From Daphnia carinata (taxonomy: Eukaryota), in the NCBI RefSeq assembly GCF_022539665.2, contig NC_081331.1, positions 9,052,001 to 9,116,000 on the forward strand: DNA of 64,000 nucleotides, read 5' to 3'. Below the pieces are notes generated by a model. That model was not told the DNA's origin, ran no database searches, and was given only the letters and a program-made list of their open reading frames with translations. Shown one piece after another: positions 33,716-47,471 of this stretch; positions within the stretch are counted from its first letter, which is position 1, and the number at the start of each line of letters is the position of its first letter. Both the position numbers and the translations under genes were made by a program.

Positions 33716-34971
33716 TTGTTGCTTTTGTGTTTATGGGTCTTATAGTTTTTCCCTCCAGAGCTATAGTCGTTGCGGATTTGGATTTGGGAAGGGGTATTGA
33801 AATTTCTAGGGTTCTCGTGGGAGGACGAGCTGGAATCTGAATCGGGGATAGAGATGACATCCATGGATTTAGGGGCAGGTAGACGTGTGAGTAGAAGGTG
33901 TTCTAGCTGATCGAATCGCCCGGAAAATTTAGCTTCGAATTGATTCATTCTGCTGTTAGTGCTGTCTACATCTGACTTAACGCTGTCTATTTTTGCTTCT
34001 AGGTTGCTGATGGTGTTGTCTTTTAGGGATCTTAATTCCTCTTGGAGAAGCTGGATTTCCGCTTTCATTTTTTCAATTTGGTTCGTGTCCGGCGAGCTTG
34101 TATGCACAGGCGACAAAACTGTTGGGCGACGGACTACTGAGCTGTAGGATCCGCTGATGTGTGTGCGGGCCTCTTTAACTGTTACATTTTTGTCTATGGC
34201 GTACTTGATTAGGCTGATAAGTTCTTCATAAATTGGGCAGTTTTTAGATTCGGAGGAGTGGGATAAACTGCTGCAATTAATACACTTTTGGATACAGGTG
34301 ACTGTGGGGTCGTGAGTAACACCGCAGTTTTTACAGGTGCCACTGGGACTAGTGCAATAGTTTCTTGTGTGGCCTAGACGGAAGCAAATGGAGCATTTGT
34401 AAGGAGAGGGATAGTAGGTAAGTACCGGGAAACTAAGAGCAATAATGGTAATCCTGGCTGGGAGGGCTTTGTCGAACGTGAGGAGGACGGTCTCGGACGG
34501 TTCTTTGGAGCCAGCGTTGTTTCTAAAAAACCGCTGAGCTTTTACTACCCCTTGGTCTTTCAGTGCGTCTAGGAGATCTTCATCAGATTCGGAGAGTGGA
34601 ACTCTTTTTATGATGCCCTTTTTACCATTAAGAGAGTTTGGGAGAGAAGCGATAATTGTTCGGCCTGCTTTTTGGGTAAGTTGCAAAAGAGCTTGTTGTT
34701 GTGTGGAATCGGTAGGGTAGACGAACATGTCGCCACCGCGGGAGCAGTCAGAGTGTCTTGGTTTGCCTGTCAGGTTTGTGATCTCATGGACAATGGCTTT
34801 AAGGGCTGCCATATCCATTTGTCGGAAGTTCGCCTTGCCATCGGTTACTTTGAAAATTACAGGGGGGAGGCTTACCGGAGGACGGCGGGAGTGGGCTATG
34901 CCGGGGAGGGGCCATTCTTCGTCGCTATTGTCTTGGAGATGTCTTTTTTGCGGCGGTTTAAGGTGGCTCAT
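33712..34971 (-). CDS. LINE ORF1 nucleic-acid-binding protein with three zinc knuckles
   Basis: CSICFRLGHTRNYC, CKNCGVTHDPTVTC, CINCSSLSHSSESKNC; C-terminal coiled coil. Confidence 0.93.
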   Translation of the reverse strand: MSHLKPPQKRHLQDNSDEEWPLPGIAHSRRPPVSLPPVIFKVTDGKANFRQMDMAALKAIVHEITNLTGKPRHSDCSRGGDMFVYPTDSTQQQALLQLTQKAGRTIIASLPNSLNGKKGIIKRVPLSESDEDLLDALKDQGVVKAQRFFRNNAGSKEPSETVLLTFDKALPARITIIALSFPVLTYYPSPYKCSICFRLGHTRNYCTSPSGTCKNCGVTHDPTVTCIQKCINCSSLSHSSESKNCPIYEELISLIKYAIDKNVTVKEARTHISGSYSSVVRRPTVLSPVHTSSPDTNQIEKMKAEIQLLQEELRSLKDNTISNLEAKIDSVKSDVDSTNSRMNQFEAKFSGRFDQLEHLLLTRLPAPKSMDVISIPDSDSSSSSHENPRNFNTPSQIQIRNDYSSGGKNYKTHKHKSNK

Positions 34972-35098
34972 CTCGGGAGTTGGATGGTGGCTGCGATTCG
35001 AAGTTAGGATTGTAGGTTGCCGGACCCCAGCTGGGTCCGGGGAGTGATGGGTTTAGGCAACTGCAATGAATCACGAGGGAGTATCAAGGTGTGGGGGC

Positions 35099-35145
<47 letters not shown>

Positions 35146-36421
35146 TCCTTAGGTTATGTATTTTGCGAGAGGAGAGAGAGAACAACGTATTCCATTCAGG
35201 CCACAGAGCGGACTGTGCAAACCTGTTACGCCAGACAGCAGATAAAGGTAAACAAGGACTTTCAGACTAGATTATAGAGATACGTCGTCCATTTCAGCAG
35301 AACAGGCTATATCGTGTGATTGGAATGCGGATCGTGGACATAGTGCATAGTTTCGCTTGATAGGATGTAGTCCTAAACCTTACAAATCTCCATCAGCCGA
35401 TAATTTTTGGAGAGTTTCAGCTTTTGAAGTTTCAGTTTCAGTCAATGTATCTGCTCCTAATAATGATAGTTGAATTGCTTCAGCGCCAGGCTGTGATAAC
35501 CGTATCGTGGATGTGGTCCTAGTATATCAGGGAAAACACTGTGGAATAGCATAATCTTCGCCCAACAGAGGTGACACCTCTTGGGCTTATTATCAGCAAA
35601 CGAATATAAAATCGACGGTAAATCGTTTAATTGCTTTTCAGACTCCTTGCTATTACATTAGCAGGTAACTATAACGCAACACAAATTCCTCTAGAAAACG
35701 AACATTTCTCCGATTTCAGCAAGTAAAAAAACTCAACTATCTAGCGGCGAAAATACGAATCTGTTACCCGCGCAGGGCCTTCTATTTTACAACAGATGGC
35801 TCTTTTTCTCTCTCTTACTTTAATAACCGTTCACTATTTTTTAATTATAGATTGTTGAAGTGAAAATTAAAAACACCATACAATATGATAATGGCCATCC
35901 GTTTTACCCACTCCTCCCCCACCCAAAAAAAAGTCTGCCTTTTTTCTTTTTTTTCACGTTTTATCCACAAATTCACGTTTTTAATATCCAAAAACGGTGG
36001 TGCGTTTTTGGATACCGAATATGCCGGATGCTGCTTGTTATAACCAGGTTACTGATTTTACAGTTAACATTCTGCTGCTTATTATGCAAAATATTGATGG
36101 GTAAGAAAGAATAAAATAACAATAATAATAATAAGTAATGTACAAGTCTTTGAAACATTCGAGATGAAAAGTTTGCATTTCCAGCGACGAAATTTAGGAA
36201 TTCCTTTGAATTCACTAATACAACAAATTGTAAATCTTTTTCAGTCAACCCTTTTTTATACTACACTTTTTTTGGAGCAGTATGAACAGAAAAACTGTAC
36301 GGAATTTGTCAATGGAAGGAGTATTTAAAAAAGGAAACAATGAATAACTATAAGTTAAACGTATAATGTCATCCACACGTAAGCAAAATGTGAATTACGC
36401 TGCTGATTCGCTTTGAGGAGT

Positions 36422-38578
36422 TTATGTTGAATCTTGGCGGTCGTCCTCGTCATCACACAACGCCCGAAAAGGATCAGAAATCAAAGGGTTTTCGGATATC
36501 GAATAATAATTTCCATTATAAAGAACACCTAGGTCACGCAGAACTTCCCCTCGTATGGTGGCGTTGATAATCCATCTAAAACATCGTACATCTTCACGCT
36601 CTCTCTCCAGTCGCTGCACGTCGATGATTTTTGATTTCAGCCTTTCAAGAATTACTCCGAGATCAAAAATTGTCAAGTGTTTGTGTCTGTCACTTCCAAG
36701 CTGGTCGATGAGAAGAAGAATTTTTTCGGTAGTTACACTAGTTTCAATTTCAAATTCATCGTCAATGGCGTTAGAGGCATGGTCCATCACTGGTACAGCA
36801 TTCTCTTGGTTGGATGTGCATAACGGCAGGCTAGGACGGCTATCCGTTTCGTGGTTGGAACTGCCTGCCTCGGTGCGATCTTCACAGAAATGAACGTGAG
36901 TTGATTTCAATACTTTACTCATTGAGTGAGCTCGATGGCGACTGCATTCGGCACTTTGAATGGGGCGGCCTCGGTCGTGCAATGATCCACAGTGAAATTC
37001 GCACTTGTTCAAGCCATGTTGGAAAGCTGAGGACAAGTTGGAACGCTGTGGTTCATTGTTCGAACCAGAAAATGGAATGTGAACACCGCCGTGTGGCTCA
37101 TGCGCTTGCAAATTCGAACTCGGCTTTGCACTGCTATCTCGAAGAGTAGACTTGAAAGCCGTGCTTGTATTGGCAGTGGGAACGGCTTTTTTAACACTTT
37201 GTTGACTCTCGACGATTTCCTTGTCGTTGACTTCAGTAACCCCATCTTTCGGTTTCTTCCCAATTCCAGTCCAAGGATAGCCAACGAAGCTGGGAGCCTT
37301 GTTGTGGTCAAATTTCTCAACCCCAGATCCTGGTGAATGATTGGGCTTGACGTACTGTAGAACTCGGTTATTGCGTTGCTGTTTCCAGTGAAGGACTAGT
37401 GTTATTTTGTCTTGATTGTCGACAATTTTCCAAAAGGGTGGATCATGATTAATATTTAACGTACTAAGGGCGTCACAAACTACACGTGGAAGGGGAAAAG
37501 ATTTAAGAGAACCGTCACAATTCTGGTCCTGCGAAGCACAACAACTATGTTGAACGGGCATTTTCCACGATTCACCAGCACGTAGCAGTAGAAATGCCGT
37601 GTTATCGGGAAACCATCTTAAAAATTCGTCATCATCTACGTATGTTCCGTCTGACTCCAAAACCAAATAGACATTTTCATCCTTACTGTACTCAATCTTC
37701 TCACGGCCTATTTAAAAACAAAATGCATTAGCCTAAATTAGAAATGTAGCGAAAATGAGGAAATATTTTAAGGGTGATATCGCTGAAACCTTTTCTGTGT
37801 AACTCTTCAAGTGACGAAGCCAAGACTAGCCGCTTTTTCAATCGTGAAGCATCCCATATTTTCCATGGTCGCCGCTCCCGGGATTCCTTTCAAATATTAG
37901 TTTGAAAAAAAAAATTATACATTTTCGTGTAATTAGAAACTACGAATTGCATTCAAAAAAATTTCTAACGAGACGTTTAGCTTCCTCATTTTCCTCCTCT
38001 GCTCAATGAAATTGCCTAGGTTTCCGTCAAAGGCGGGCCCCCTCTCTGTTTTGTTCCCTATCGATCCTTGCAGTCAGCTCTTACGGGTCAAGTTCAAGTG
38101 GTGCTTACGACATGTTTGCACAAACTATAGGGATCCCTAAGTGAGGTCCCTATAGTGGGTGTGTAAATCGTTATCTTGTTTTCTTTCAGATTTTTCCTTT
38201 GATTTTTAAGCTTTGATTTTTCGAGTTGAAATCCTTCCGTCCATCATAACACTACAGAAATTTCCCATAAATGAAATATTACAGTTTAATTTATTTAAGG
38301 TGAATTAACGTTTTTAAAATTTCTAACGTTAAATTAATTAAGGTTCCCAAACTCTCGGTTTGCGTTCTGTTTTTTGAAATGTTGAACTGGATAAAATGTG
38401 ACTCCTTTGGAAAAACAGAATGGATATAATATTAGCATATTAGAGCATTCAACTTTACAGCTTATGGGCTACATATTATAATAAAAGTAATCCGTAACGA
38501 TAGTTAGCAAGTTGATTCAAATGCAGGTTAGGAACAAGAAATTTTTACGAATTCAAAGTTACGTACGTCTCTCGGCAT
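36422..38578 (-). CDS. CIDE-N domain protein, DFF-related (Drep family, probably Drep3-like)
   Basis: Exons 38567-38578, 37790-37886 and 36422-37707 splice in frame to MPRDESRERRPWKIWDASRLKKRLVLASSLEELHRKGREKI..LVLESDGTYVDDDEFL (CIDE-N). Conserved-looking C-terminus TTEKILLLIDQL..LGVLYNGNYYSISE. Confidence 0.85.
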
Positions 38579-41500
38579 TACGGCACCACGTCTTCTTTCA
38601 GCATGATGCTCAATATTTACTGAATTTCAGAAATCCGGGTAAGTATAGATTTGAAGAGCACTAAGCGAATTTCGCAAGACGATGTCTTGCCAATCAATTT
38701 CACAGCGATTCACTAAGCTTACACGTATTGTGCGAGATATTCGGTAGCTGGTGAAGACGCCATTTTTTGTGTAACCGAGAAGGGCTTGACAAGAAGATCC
38801 CACTTGATTGCGCAGACGCACGTTTCGTTCATTCTGCAAACGCAGTTTGGTCCCCATTCTAAAAGAGGCATCAATTTGTAAGCCACGTATCAAGCTACGA
38901 AGGTTTTTTTTTTGGGGGGGGGGGGGCTGAAATTCAAGTGTTGATCGGTTATCGTTGTTTTCAACATTGGGAAGGGCTTGGTATTATATGGTGTGAAGCC
39001 ATTTCTGTGACACGTCTCTCATGAAAATGTGCTTCAGCTGGCTTCAGTGGAACATGCGCAAATTCTCAATGGAATATGTTTACAGTATTATTTTTTGGCG
39101 CGTAAATCTCTAACTTTTGAACAATAGAATTTTTTTATTGCCGATTGTTACCCAAAATGTTTCGATTGTTAATTGTCCGAACGTGTACCTAAAAGGCTCT
39201 TGTATTATCTTATATATTACATTATATTACACTTATCGTCGCCTTTAGTGGAATATTCTGCTAACTTTCGCCACAGAGCTTGGCTATTTGGATCTTTAAA
39301 CTCTTCAACGTCAAACGGGAAATTTCCAAACATAAACAGGACGAGTGTTATTCCGTGTATTTGATCGGCCAGGAAATTCCGTACGAGTTTGATCAGCTAT
39401 GCAAACTCATAAGGAAAGCAATCACATGCACGATTCTCAGTAGTTTTTGTTGGTTTAGCTTTATAATATTGCGTCAACATATATTGGCGAGTGAGATTTC
39501 TAGCTCTTCCACAAGCTCGCCTGAACATTCCCCCACGGCTACTAGAGCAGTGCAGATAAATGGTTTTACGGTGGGAGGAGTTACTGCATTGGTACAGTAT
39601 GTTTCTTTTCAAGTCTCGTGTTGTTTCGTCTGCTAACTGATTTTTTATTTTCTTTACTTTATAAGACTTTACTAGGGAATTCTCCTAAATTTGGTAATAA
39701 ATTTTAAAAGCACTCAGCATTGTGAAAATTTTTTATTGATCTATAGTTTAACAACGCTGCAAGAAGTTCTGGTGCAATTCGTCATATTATCCTAAAAAAC
39801 TTCAGTTCAAATAACTTAGAAAAAAAATCGATGAGAGATTTCTTCTTTATTTTTTCCTGATTTTTTGATAAATTTTTTTACTGTTCAAGTAAGTTTCTTT
39901 AGCCGATAGGTTGCTGTAACAACCCGTTTAGATGTCACAAGGCAAGAGTAAGAACTGCTTTCAACAGTTGTTTGAACCAAGTTATTCAGGATAGCCAAAT
40001 TTCTTTAGTGGTCCTCCAATTGAAGCACAAAACCATATAACATGTAAACAAGATTCATTGTTTACTTTATTTATTTTTGATTATTCTCCATTGACTTAAA
40101 TACCAACCATTATTATGTAACCACTATTAATGTACAAGATCTTCAACATTTTGTAAACACATGAAAGCAGATCAAACCTACGTCCAATCACTGTGCAAAG
40201 AGTCACTAACTGCCAATCAGAATTGTGTCCCCCATGGAGTGCAGTTGTTGGGTGAAATTGGCGAAATTATGACATACGCATAATTTTCGAATCAGTCCGG
40301 TTTTGTGCAACACTTTCCTACAACGCTAACTGAAAACATGGTTATTCCCGCCCGAATATTGTGTACAATACCTATAGATATTTGTCAGATGATTCCACTG
40401 AAATTTCAGTTAGTGTTTCTTTTCGCAGATGGCAGACGCTTGCAGACATTCGTTGACGGCGGTTATCGTACCAGATAATAGGTAAATTCAAAATCGTTTT
40501 CATTGGTTCATTAAATTAGTCATCACTTGTGATTCATATCCCTCGGATGAGAGGAATGAAGCAACCATAGTTTCTCTGGTCTATATGTTTAATGTGTCTG
40601 TCTGGATGTTTAACGATCCTAGCGCTGAACGACATACGAATATAGGATCCGTACTTTGCGTGGACGTTTGCGTACAGTTTATGGTGATGAAGCAAAAGAC
40701 GGGAAAACTCCGTTTTTTCTATAGTTAATTCTTTTTATTCTGTCGTTCGCCACATGGCTTAGTTTGCCTATGCTTTAATTAGCTTAATTTCTGCACATTT
40801 ATTACACACTTTGCTTAGTTTTAAGCAGAAAAATTCTCATTTTTAGTTCAAATACTTCATTTATCTTATACCAACCTATATGATCATTTCAAAAATCCCA
40901 AGCTTTTAAAATTACTCGTCCGTTATCTTTGATATCAACACAGCTAACTCTCCATTTTTAAATTTAAAAAATGAATATGCACATTTAAATCTATACAAAA
41001 TGTTAAAGTTTTCTTTTTTCAGTTCATTTTTTCAGTTCATCGGTTTTTTAATAAACATTTTCTAGAATGATTTACGGGGGTTATCTGATTCTACTGATCT
41101 GTACTTTCTCTTCTGTAAAAATTAACTGCATTTGGGATTCCACAATTCGACTAAGTGGTAAAGTCAAATTTGTTAGGTAATTTGTTTGTTTTTTTATCTA
41201 CTCCAGTGCAGTGATAGTGTTATCTCCTCGGAAATCGTCGACTAATTTCACAAAAATTGTTCCTGTAAAGGAATTCGGATTATGCAATCACATAGGTTTC
41301 TTCTTTGGTAACACTATTAACTAGGGTGGGCAAGTTGTAAGGAAACCTTTTCGTGGAATACATCATATTCCTGTTACAAACGGGGAATATTATTAAAATA
41401 GTTTAGCTTTGGCGACGATACAAATATCTTTTCTCATAGTCAATGTTATGAAAAGCAACAGTTCCTTCCACGTTAATGTAAAAGACTTAAGATAAATATA

Positions 41501-42843
41501 CGCCTTATGTAAGCTGCCGACCTCTAGATTATTACTTTTGAAAAACTAAACATTGTTGTCGTATTGTTTGTATATCGATGAACCACTGCGTATGTCCAGC
41601 CGTAATATGCGGGTAATTGTTGTTCCTGGACGCCTCATTAAACACGAAGTCTTTAAATTTGTTTATTTACCTAGTTATCTACGCTCTGTGCATAAGCTGT
41701 GATTGACTGGCAGGAAGGCAACATTTTTGAAAAAGGAATTCAAACTGTTGCTCACCTTGCTAAGCTGGACACTGCAAACTGATTTTGCAAGGGCAAAGGG
41801 TCGGCAATGTGAACTACGGTGAGCAAGAGCAGATGAATCCGAAAATTAGGTTTAACAAGCCGCTTACCTAGCCGACCATTGATAACTTATAAACGTTTAC
41901 AGTCAACCAATTTGAGGCTTTCAACTGGTCAAGGGTGCTAGGAAATGCTACATTATTTTATTGGTTTTAAAATCACTTTCAGTATTGTAATTGACTATTC
42001 CTTTTTACGTTCATTTATTCATTCATAGCATTTCTTTCTTTTCTTACTTCGCTTAAAAAATTTTGCCTACTTTGCGTAGATGTTTCCTATTTCGAACAAC
42101 AACGCGGATGAGCTTCTTGTATTGTCTTACGTAATGATCATCGTCTGTGGCGCAGTTCTTATGTCATTTAACTTTTCTTTGGAAGACTGCTACCGACTCC
42201 TCCACGAATAAAGAATTTTCACTGTCAAAACATGCACAGTAGTACACTGTGTGCTATTTCAGATGAACCCATGTTGATTACAGCATCAGGATCTTCTGGT
42301 ACACTTCCGAATACGTCGGCAATCAGCATTGACCTTGACAACAAAGTAAGGGTGTATTCTAATTACGCCCATATGATCCTTTTTCACCATGCATGCGGAA
42401 AAGAAATAGAATGTAGCTCAACAGGATTTCCCACTGAAATTTTTTCTTGTGCAAAAGAATTTTATGATGTTTACCTTAAATCCGTTCGATGCAATTTCGT
42501 TCATAAAGATTTCAAAATGCCTCCCCAGTGGATTCAATTTGCTTCATTCGATCACGTCTACAACATTGCCTGCTTTAATCAACGAGATAATCATAAAGTT
42601 CACATTTTTGTTAAACGAATTCTCACAAGTAAGGCGATATTTTAAACCTGTATCACCAGCAATATTGCAAACTGTAGTTATGTCTTCCGGTCAGTTACAT
42701 TTCGATGGTAAAAAAAAAAAAAATTCATCTTTAAGATTTTCAAGAATCCGAGTTCCGTCAAGCTAAAGAGAAAAGCTGAACGAAAGTGATACGTTTGAAG
42801 TTGTTCATTTGCGTTGCAGTATCCAGGTACCAATGAGTGGAAC

Positions 42844-43215
42844 TTAAATGCATCTTGCAAACAGAAGAGGAACTTCTTGTTGTTGTTCTTGAGGGATCAC
42901 CCACAATTGTGCCCTTGCAAGGACGAACAGGTAGCGCAACATTTCGAGAAACTCATCCACATCCAAAATGCTCGATAGATGTGTGGCGGGCCAATTGCTG
43001 TGACAGACGTTGACCTTGGGGGTATTTATCATCCGTTTTAATACAGAGCACATGCCCTCATTCGATCTCGTTCTCGGAAAAATGGCCCCGGCAACAAAAA
43101 CTGAATGGCGAGCGAGGTCACATTTTTTTGGGGGTCTCAACTTCTTCGGCTGGTTCCTTCTTTTTCGTCGCGATTTCAAAGAACTAACCGCGAAGGTCAA
43201 AACCTCGCTGGTCAT
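42844..43215 (-). CDS. Possible small hypothetical protein (basic N-terminus)
   Basis: Open frame of ~123 codons, GC-richer than its flanks, with an NLS-like SRRKRRNQPKK. No recognisable domain. Confidence 0.25.
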   Translation of the reverse strand: MTSEVLTFAVSSLKSRRKRRNQPKKLRPPKKCDLARHSVFVAGAIFPRTRSNEGMCSVLKRMINTPKVNVCHSNWPATHLSSILDVDEFLEMLRYLFVLARAQLWVIPQEQQQEVPLLFARCI

Positions 43216-43989
43216 GAACTCTTTCGATTTACATTGCAACTTTATTTTATTTAATTTATTTTTGCAGATAGGGAAAGGGAGAGAGAGAGAGAGGAGAGGA
43301 AGGTGGCATGACTGGGGAAATGAGGGGAAACATTAAGAACTGTAAATACATAAGGCGCATATTGTTCTGCTTTGGTTCATGTACGCATTAGGCAACTGCA
43401 TGTTTTTCAACGTTATATCTACGCTGAAAAAAAAATCAATATCTTATTTTTGTTCGGAGATATTTCTCTTATTGCTTGCCCGATGGTAATGCAAAACCCA
43501 GTTTTACCTGCGTGAAGCAGACCACACCCTACCGCCTCAACCATAGGCGCCGATCCAATAATTTTTGTTTTAAAGAAATGCCACCATACGGGTTTCATTT
43601 CTTATTGTGGATCAGTCGCATGTTGAAATCTGCTCAGAAAAGAAATCATCCCTCGCAGAAACATTTCTGGGAAAGGTTCCACTAACGCGAAAGGGTCATT
43701 TCCCAGAACGGATCTAACGTCCCAATGCGCAAAGAATGTGCACGTGTTTTCTTGTGTGTGTGTGACAACCTGATGTGTGTACCGAAAAGAGAAGGTTTTG
43801 AAACGACTGTTGCATATATATTTTTTGAGGGGAAAGAATAGTAAATTGCAAATAACGACAAAACCATTCTATTGGTAGAACAATTTGAAAGAAATGCACA
43901 AAAATGACAAGGCGAACTCAGCCAGGGGAGAGGAACAAAAAAGAAACAGGTGTCCACGAGGGACATAACTAATGAAAAAGGGAGAGAAT

Positions 43990-45330
43990 TTAAGGGCTTT
44001 GATCACCAGTCTGATAGCGTTTGGACATGCGTAGTTTCTTAGGCACATATGTGAAATCCTTTTCCGACTCTATGACTGACTCCTTATTGGCCGGTGGAGG
44101 TGAGGGACGGTAAAGATCAACCATATGCCACGATCGTTTTTGTCCCAGACAGGCATCAGCATGATCAGACATGGACGAATCCGTGTCGGCATGAAGTTCG
44201 TGACTATTGTGACTAGCTTCGATCCTTTCTGCGAACGTCGAGAACTCGCTGTGCTGATGCAGAGTTGAACTAGATAAACGGCCAATCGACCAGTGATTCG
44301 ACGCTGTTGTGACAACGCAAGACGTGGCTGGCGCATCCAGCACATCCTGGCCGGCACAGTAAACGAAGCTGGCCAGCGAGGAGCGTTTGGGCAACTCTTC
44401 TTTGACGCCCAGAATGACGTCAATCGCATGACGAAGAGGCAGACTAGAAGCTTCTCTCGGAACTGTTTGACTCTTGGACGATTCGAACCTCGTCATTGCG
44501 CACGGCTCTTGGGACCGGCAACGAAGAGATTCTTGACTTAGCGAGTCATAGTTCCATCGCTGCTCACCTCGAATCGGATGTTCAACAGCAGTTGGCGAAT
44601 CGGCCAGCGGGGTGCTATTTGGCGGGTTGATCAGCTGAGTTGAGTACGAATCGTACGGTGACTGGTAAATCCATTGCATCACCTCAGCGTCATGAGCAGG
44701 TTGACTTAGTAAGCTTGCAAGGATTGGGTTGTGATCACGCGATGGAGGCGGCACGCAGTAGGATTTGTTCGAATCGTCCGCGTGGTAAAAATCAACTTCC
44801 GGAGACGAGCGGTCGTGTTGAGTTGATTGGCCCGACGACGACGACGTCGAATATTTATCTCCACTTTCATGTATCTTCATGTGCCTTTCCAAATTACTTT
44901 TATGTGAAGTGGCGTAGTCGCAGAGGCTACAGGCGAATTCTTTGTAGCCTGAATGAACGGCATGGTGGCGCCGGAGCAAAGCTCGACGGCAAAACACCCG
45001 AGAACAAATTGTACATATATACCTACATTTTCGAAAATCGAAACACTGAAACAATTAACGTCGTTTAGACAACACTTGTTGAAAATGAAATGATTACCCA
45101 TGGCGATGGAATGCTGCAGTGTGGTGCCGTAACGCTGCCTTGTTAGCAAAACGACTACCACAACACTCGAGGACGGCGGTGCTCTGTTCGTGCATCGTCG
45201 CTGTGTGCCGCTTTAAATTGTTACGCCTATCAGTCCTGTACGGACAAAGTGTACAGGCAAAGAGGCGCTTCTCTTGTATAGAACTCCTCTCTTCTCTCAA
45301 GTAAACTTCGAGCAGTTCTGATTGCGCCAT
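43990..45330 (-). CDS. C2H2 zinc-finger transcription factor (four N-terminal fingers)
   Basis: Exons 45098-45330 and 43990-45022 join in frame: CTLC..H..H, CCGSRF..HH..H, CTIC..H..H, CSLC..H..H. eh1-like HAIDVILG; C-terminal YVPKKLRM. Confidence 0.9.
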
Positions 45331-47471
45331 GACCTACGGAAATCAAATCATCACATTAGTTGCATCACAGACCCACGTGGACATACAAAACACGCCATCA
45401 CGTTGTGGAAGTGAAGCTCGTTCACTTGCCATGGTTGGCCAAACGATACTCATTCATCTAACAATGCCTCCACATAGACCGTGTTGCGAAACACGCTGGA
45501 CAATTTGCAACTCGCGATAACTTATACTTCCGATTCTTCACGTTCTAGTCAACAATGATTTGTAATGAAACTCACCGTTTAAGTGGTTCGGAGGAGCAGA
45601 TCTAAATGTAACCGAACGGACAAACACTGAGATGAATTTGTGTCCCACGTACTTTGCTAAACGATGTCGTAAATCCTTAGAAGTGCTACTGTATTAAGAC
45701 AGTGAACGACTGTCTCGAAACGTTCGATAGCGTTGTATACTATAGTTTTTAACTCCTCCTTCCTCGCCCTCCCCTCTCATTATTCTCACAACTCAGGGAA
45801 AAAAGGCGTCCCTGCCTCTGCGACTACTTGCATTACTCCCCAAAGAATTGCGAGATTCGCTTTTCGAGAAGAAAGGGAGCAACATCCCCCAGCCTCCACC
45901 ACCGAGAAAAAAAAAAGAAAAGGTCCGAGAAAAGGTAATGCGCTAGACGAACTTGCTCAGAAATATGCAAAAGTCTGAGAAACTCAAAATTTTTTCATTT
46001 TTTTTTCTTTTCTTTCTTTTTGTTATACCAATATTCAAGACACCTAAATATCGGCAAATGTCTCTTTTTACAGCCCCCTTCTTCTGTTAGTTTTCTTCGG
46101 AGAAAAATCAGTTTGTTGATCGAAGGTCGAATTTGTTTGAATGTATTTCCGTTTGTTCCTAAACATTCATTTTTTAGTTTTAGGTATTCATTTGAACATT
46201 TTTCAGCATTATATCTACGCCATTTCTCATTTACCATATCCGTATAATCAGTAAGCTCTGAGCGTAATTTACTTTTATGACGTTTAAGTTCTGCGACGAA
46301 TGGACCTTGAAACTTAAGTCTTGATCAAGGTTTTATGTCTTAAACCAGGTTCAATTTTTCCAGGTTTACTGTCGTTTTGTGTCTCACCTTTTGGGGGAAT
46401 GGGACGCATAGGGAGCATGCAGACGGTGACCTTTTGTCGACTTGTGATTTTGTACGTTCGTTATCGCAAATGAAGGCAGTATTCTACTATAGCATAATAT
46501 TTTTGAAACGTTACATAGAAGTTGATTCGAACTAATAATTTCTTTGGAAATGAACCAGAAAACTTGGGCGTAAAGTATTTTATTTTTGGTTCAGCGGCGA
46601 AATCAGTTTGTCTAAACGAAATAATTTTTTATTCAAGTAATAATTAATGTATGCTACAACTACACTTTTAATTGCGATTACTAGCATAGTTTTCGTAGAT
46701 GAAATTTGGTACTGTATATGCTCAAAACTACAAGAAATAATTATTATTTAGTTGATACTACATGATTGTACGAATTGTTTGATTGAAAAACCAATGTTAT
46801 GAAGTAAATAACCATCGCCGTTGTCAACGATACCGATTGGGTTTATGACAAAAACGCGCATTTGAAACTAGAGAGCTGAAAGAGATTTCACATTCGCCGT
46901 GGTTTTTTTGTTCAGATTCTTTCCATCTTATAGAACTATAAGCGCTCTCTTAACTTGACTCCAAAAGTTCGTTTTTTTTCAAGTTAAAGAAATCATTTCT
47001 TCTCGGGTTTTCGGAGAATCACGCAATAGTTTATTACACACTGTGAAGCTAAGGTTCCTTCTCCTTTTGCTGAGGAAACGCGCCGTTATAGAATTGAGAT
47101 TGTATGAAATTAGGTAGAATTTAAAAAGCATAATAACACTAATGAATGCGTAGTAGTGCGCAAAAATGTTATACTATCACCGACAACACGTTAAAGATCA
47201 CAATATAATGCAATTTCATACTTCTGCCATACAGTTATCTTTTCTATTTCATTTGATATTTTGATAAGTGCTTCCCTAGTGTGATTAACGATCAAACAAT
47301 TAAACATTAGTTATTTGATTCGAACTGTTAAATAAATGTTTAATCACCACACACAAAATTTATTATTAATTGAGCTATAAAACGTAGAACTTTGGACATA
47401 ATGCTCACTAAAATTTACAAAGTTATGTGTTTCAATCGAATTTAAATGTCGAGACAACTCTTGGAAAGACA

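Larger units (their letters stand above)
29758..35217 (-). mobile_element. Full-length I-clade (I/Nimb-like) non-LTR retrotransposon with two intact ORFs
   Basis: Poly(A) tail (T22 at 29758-29779); 12-bp TSD CAA(G/A)CCTGTTAC (29746-29757 / 35218-35229); 5' end CACAGTC (Inr-like); ORF1 stop and ORF2 start overlap as ATGA. Confidence 0.95.

Noticed and set aside
30047..35047. Multiple plus-strand ORFs overlapping the LINE
   Set aside because: Antisense shadow frames of the long intact ORFs; no motifs.
38124..38156. 10-bp inverted repeat ACTATAGGGA/TCCCTATAGT in the Drep intron
   Set aside because: Isolated short hairpin with no second copy or associated element signature.
39800..42650. Possible degraded multi-exon membrane-protein gene on the plus strand (Cys-rich segment ~40140-40250; hydrophobic LLVLSYVMIIVCGAVLMSF at ~42110)
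   Set aside because: No consistent spliced frame or family motif could be built by eye; needs TBLASTN or RNA-seq.
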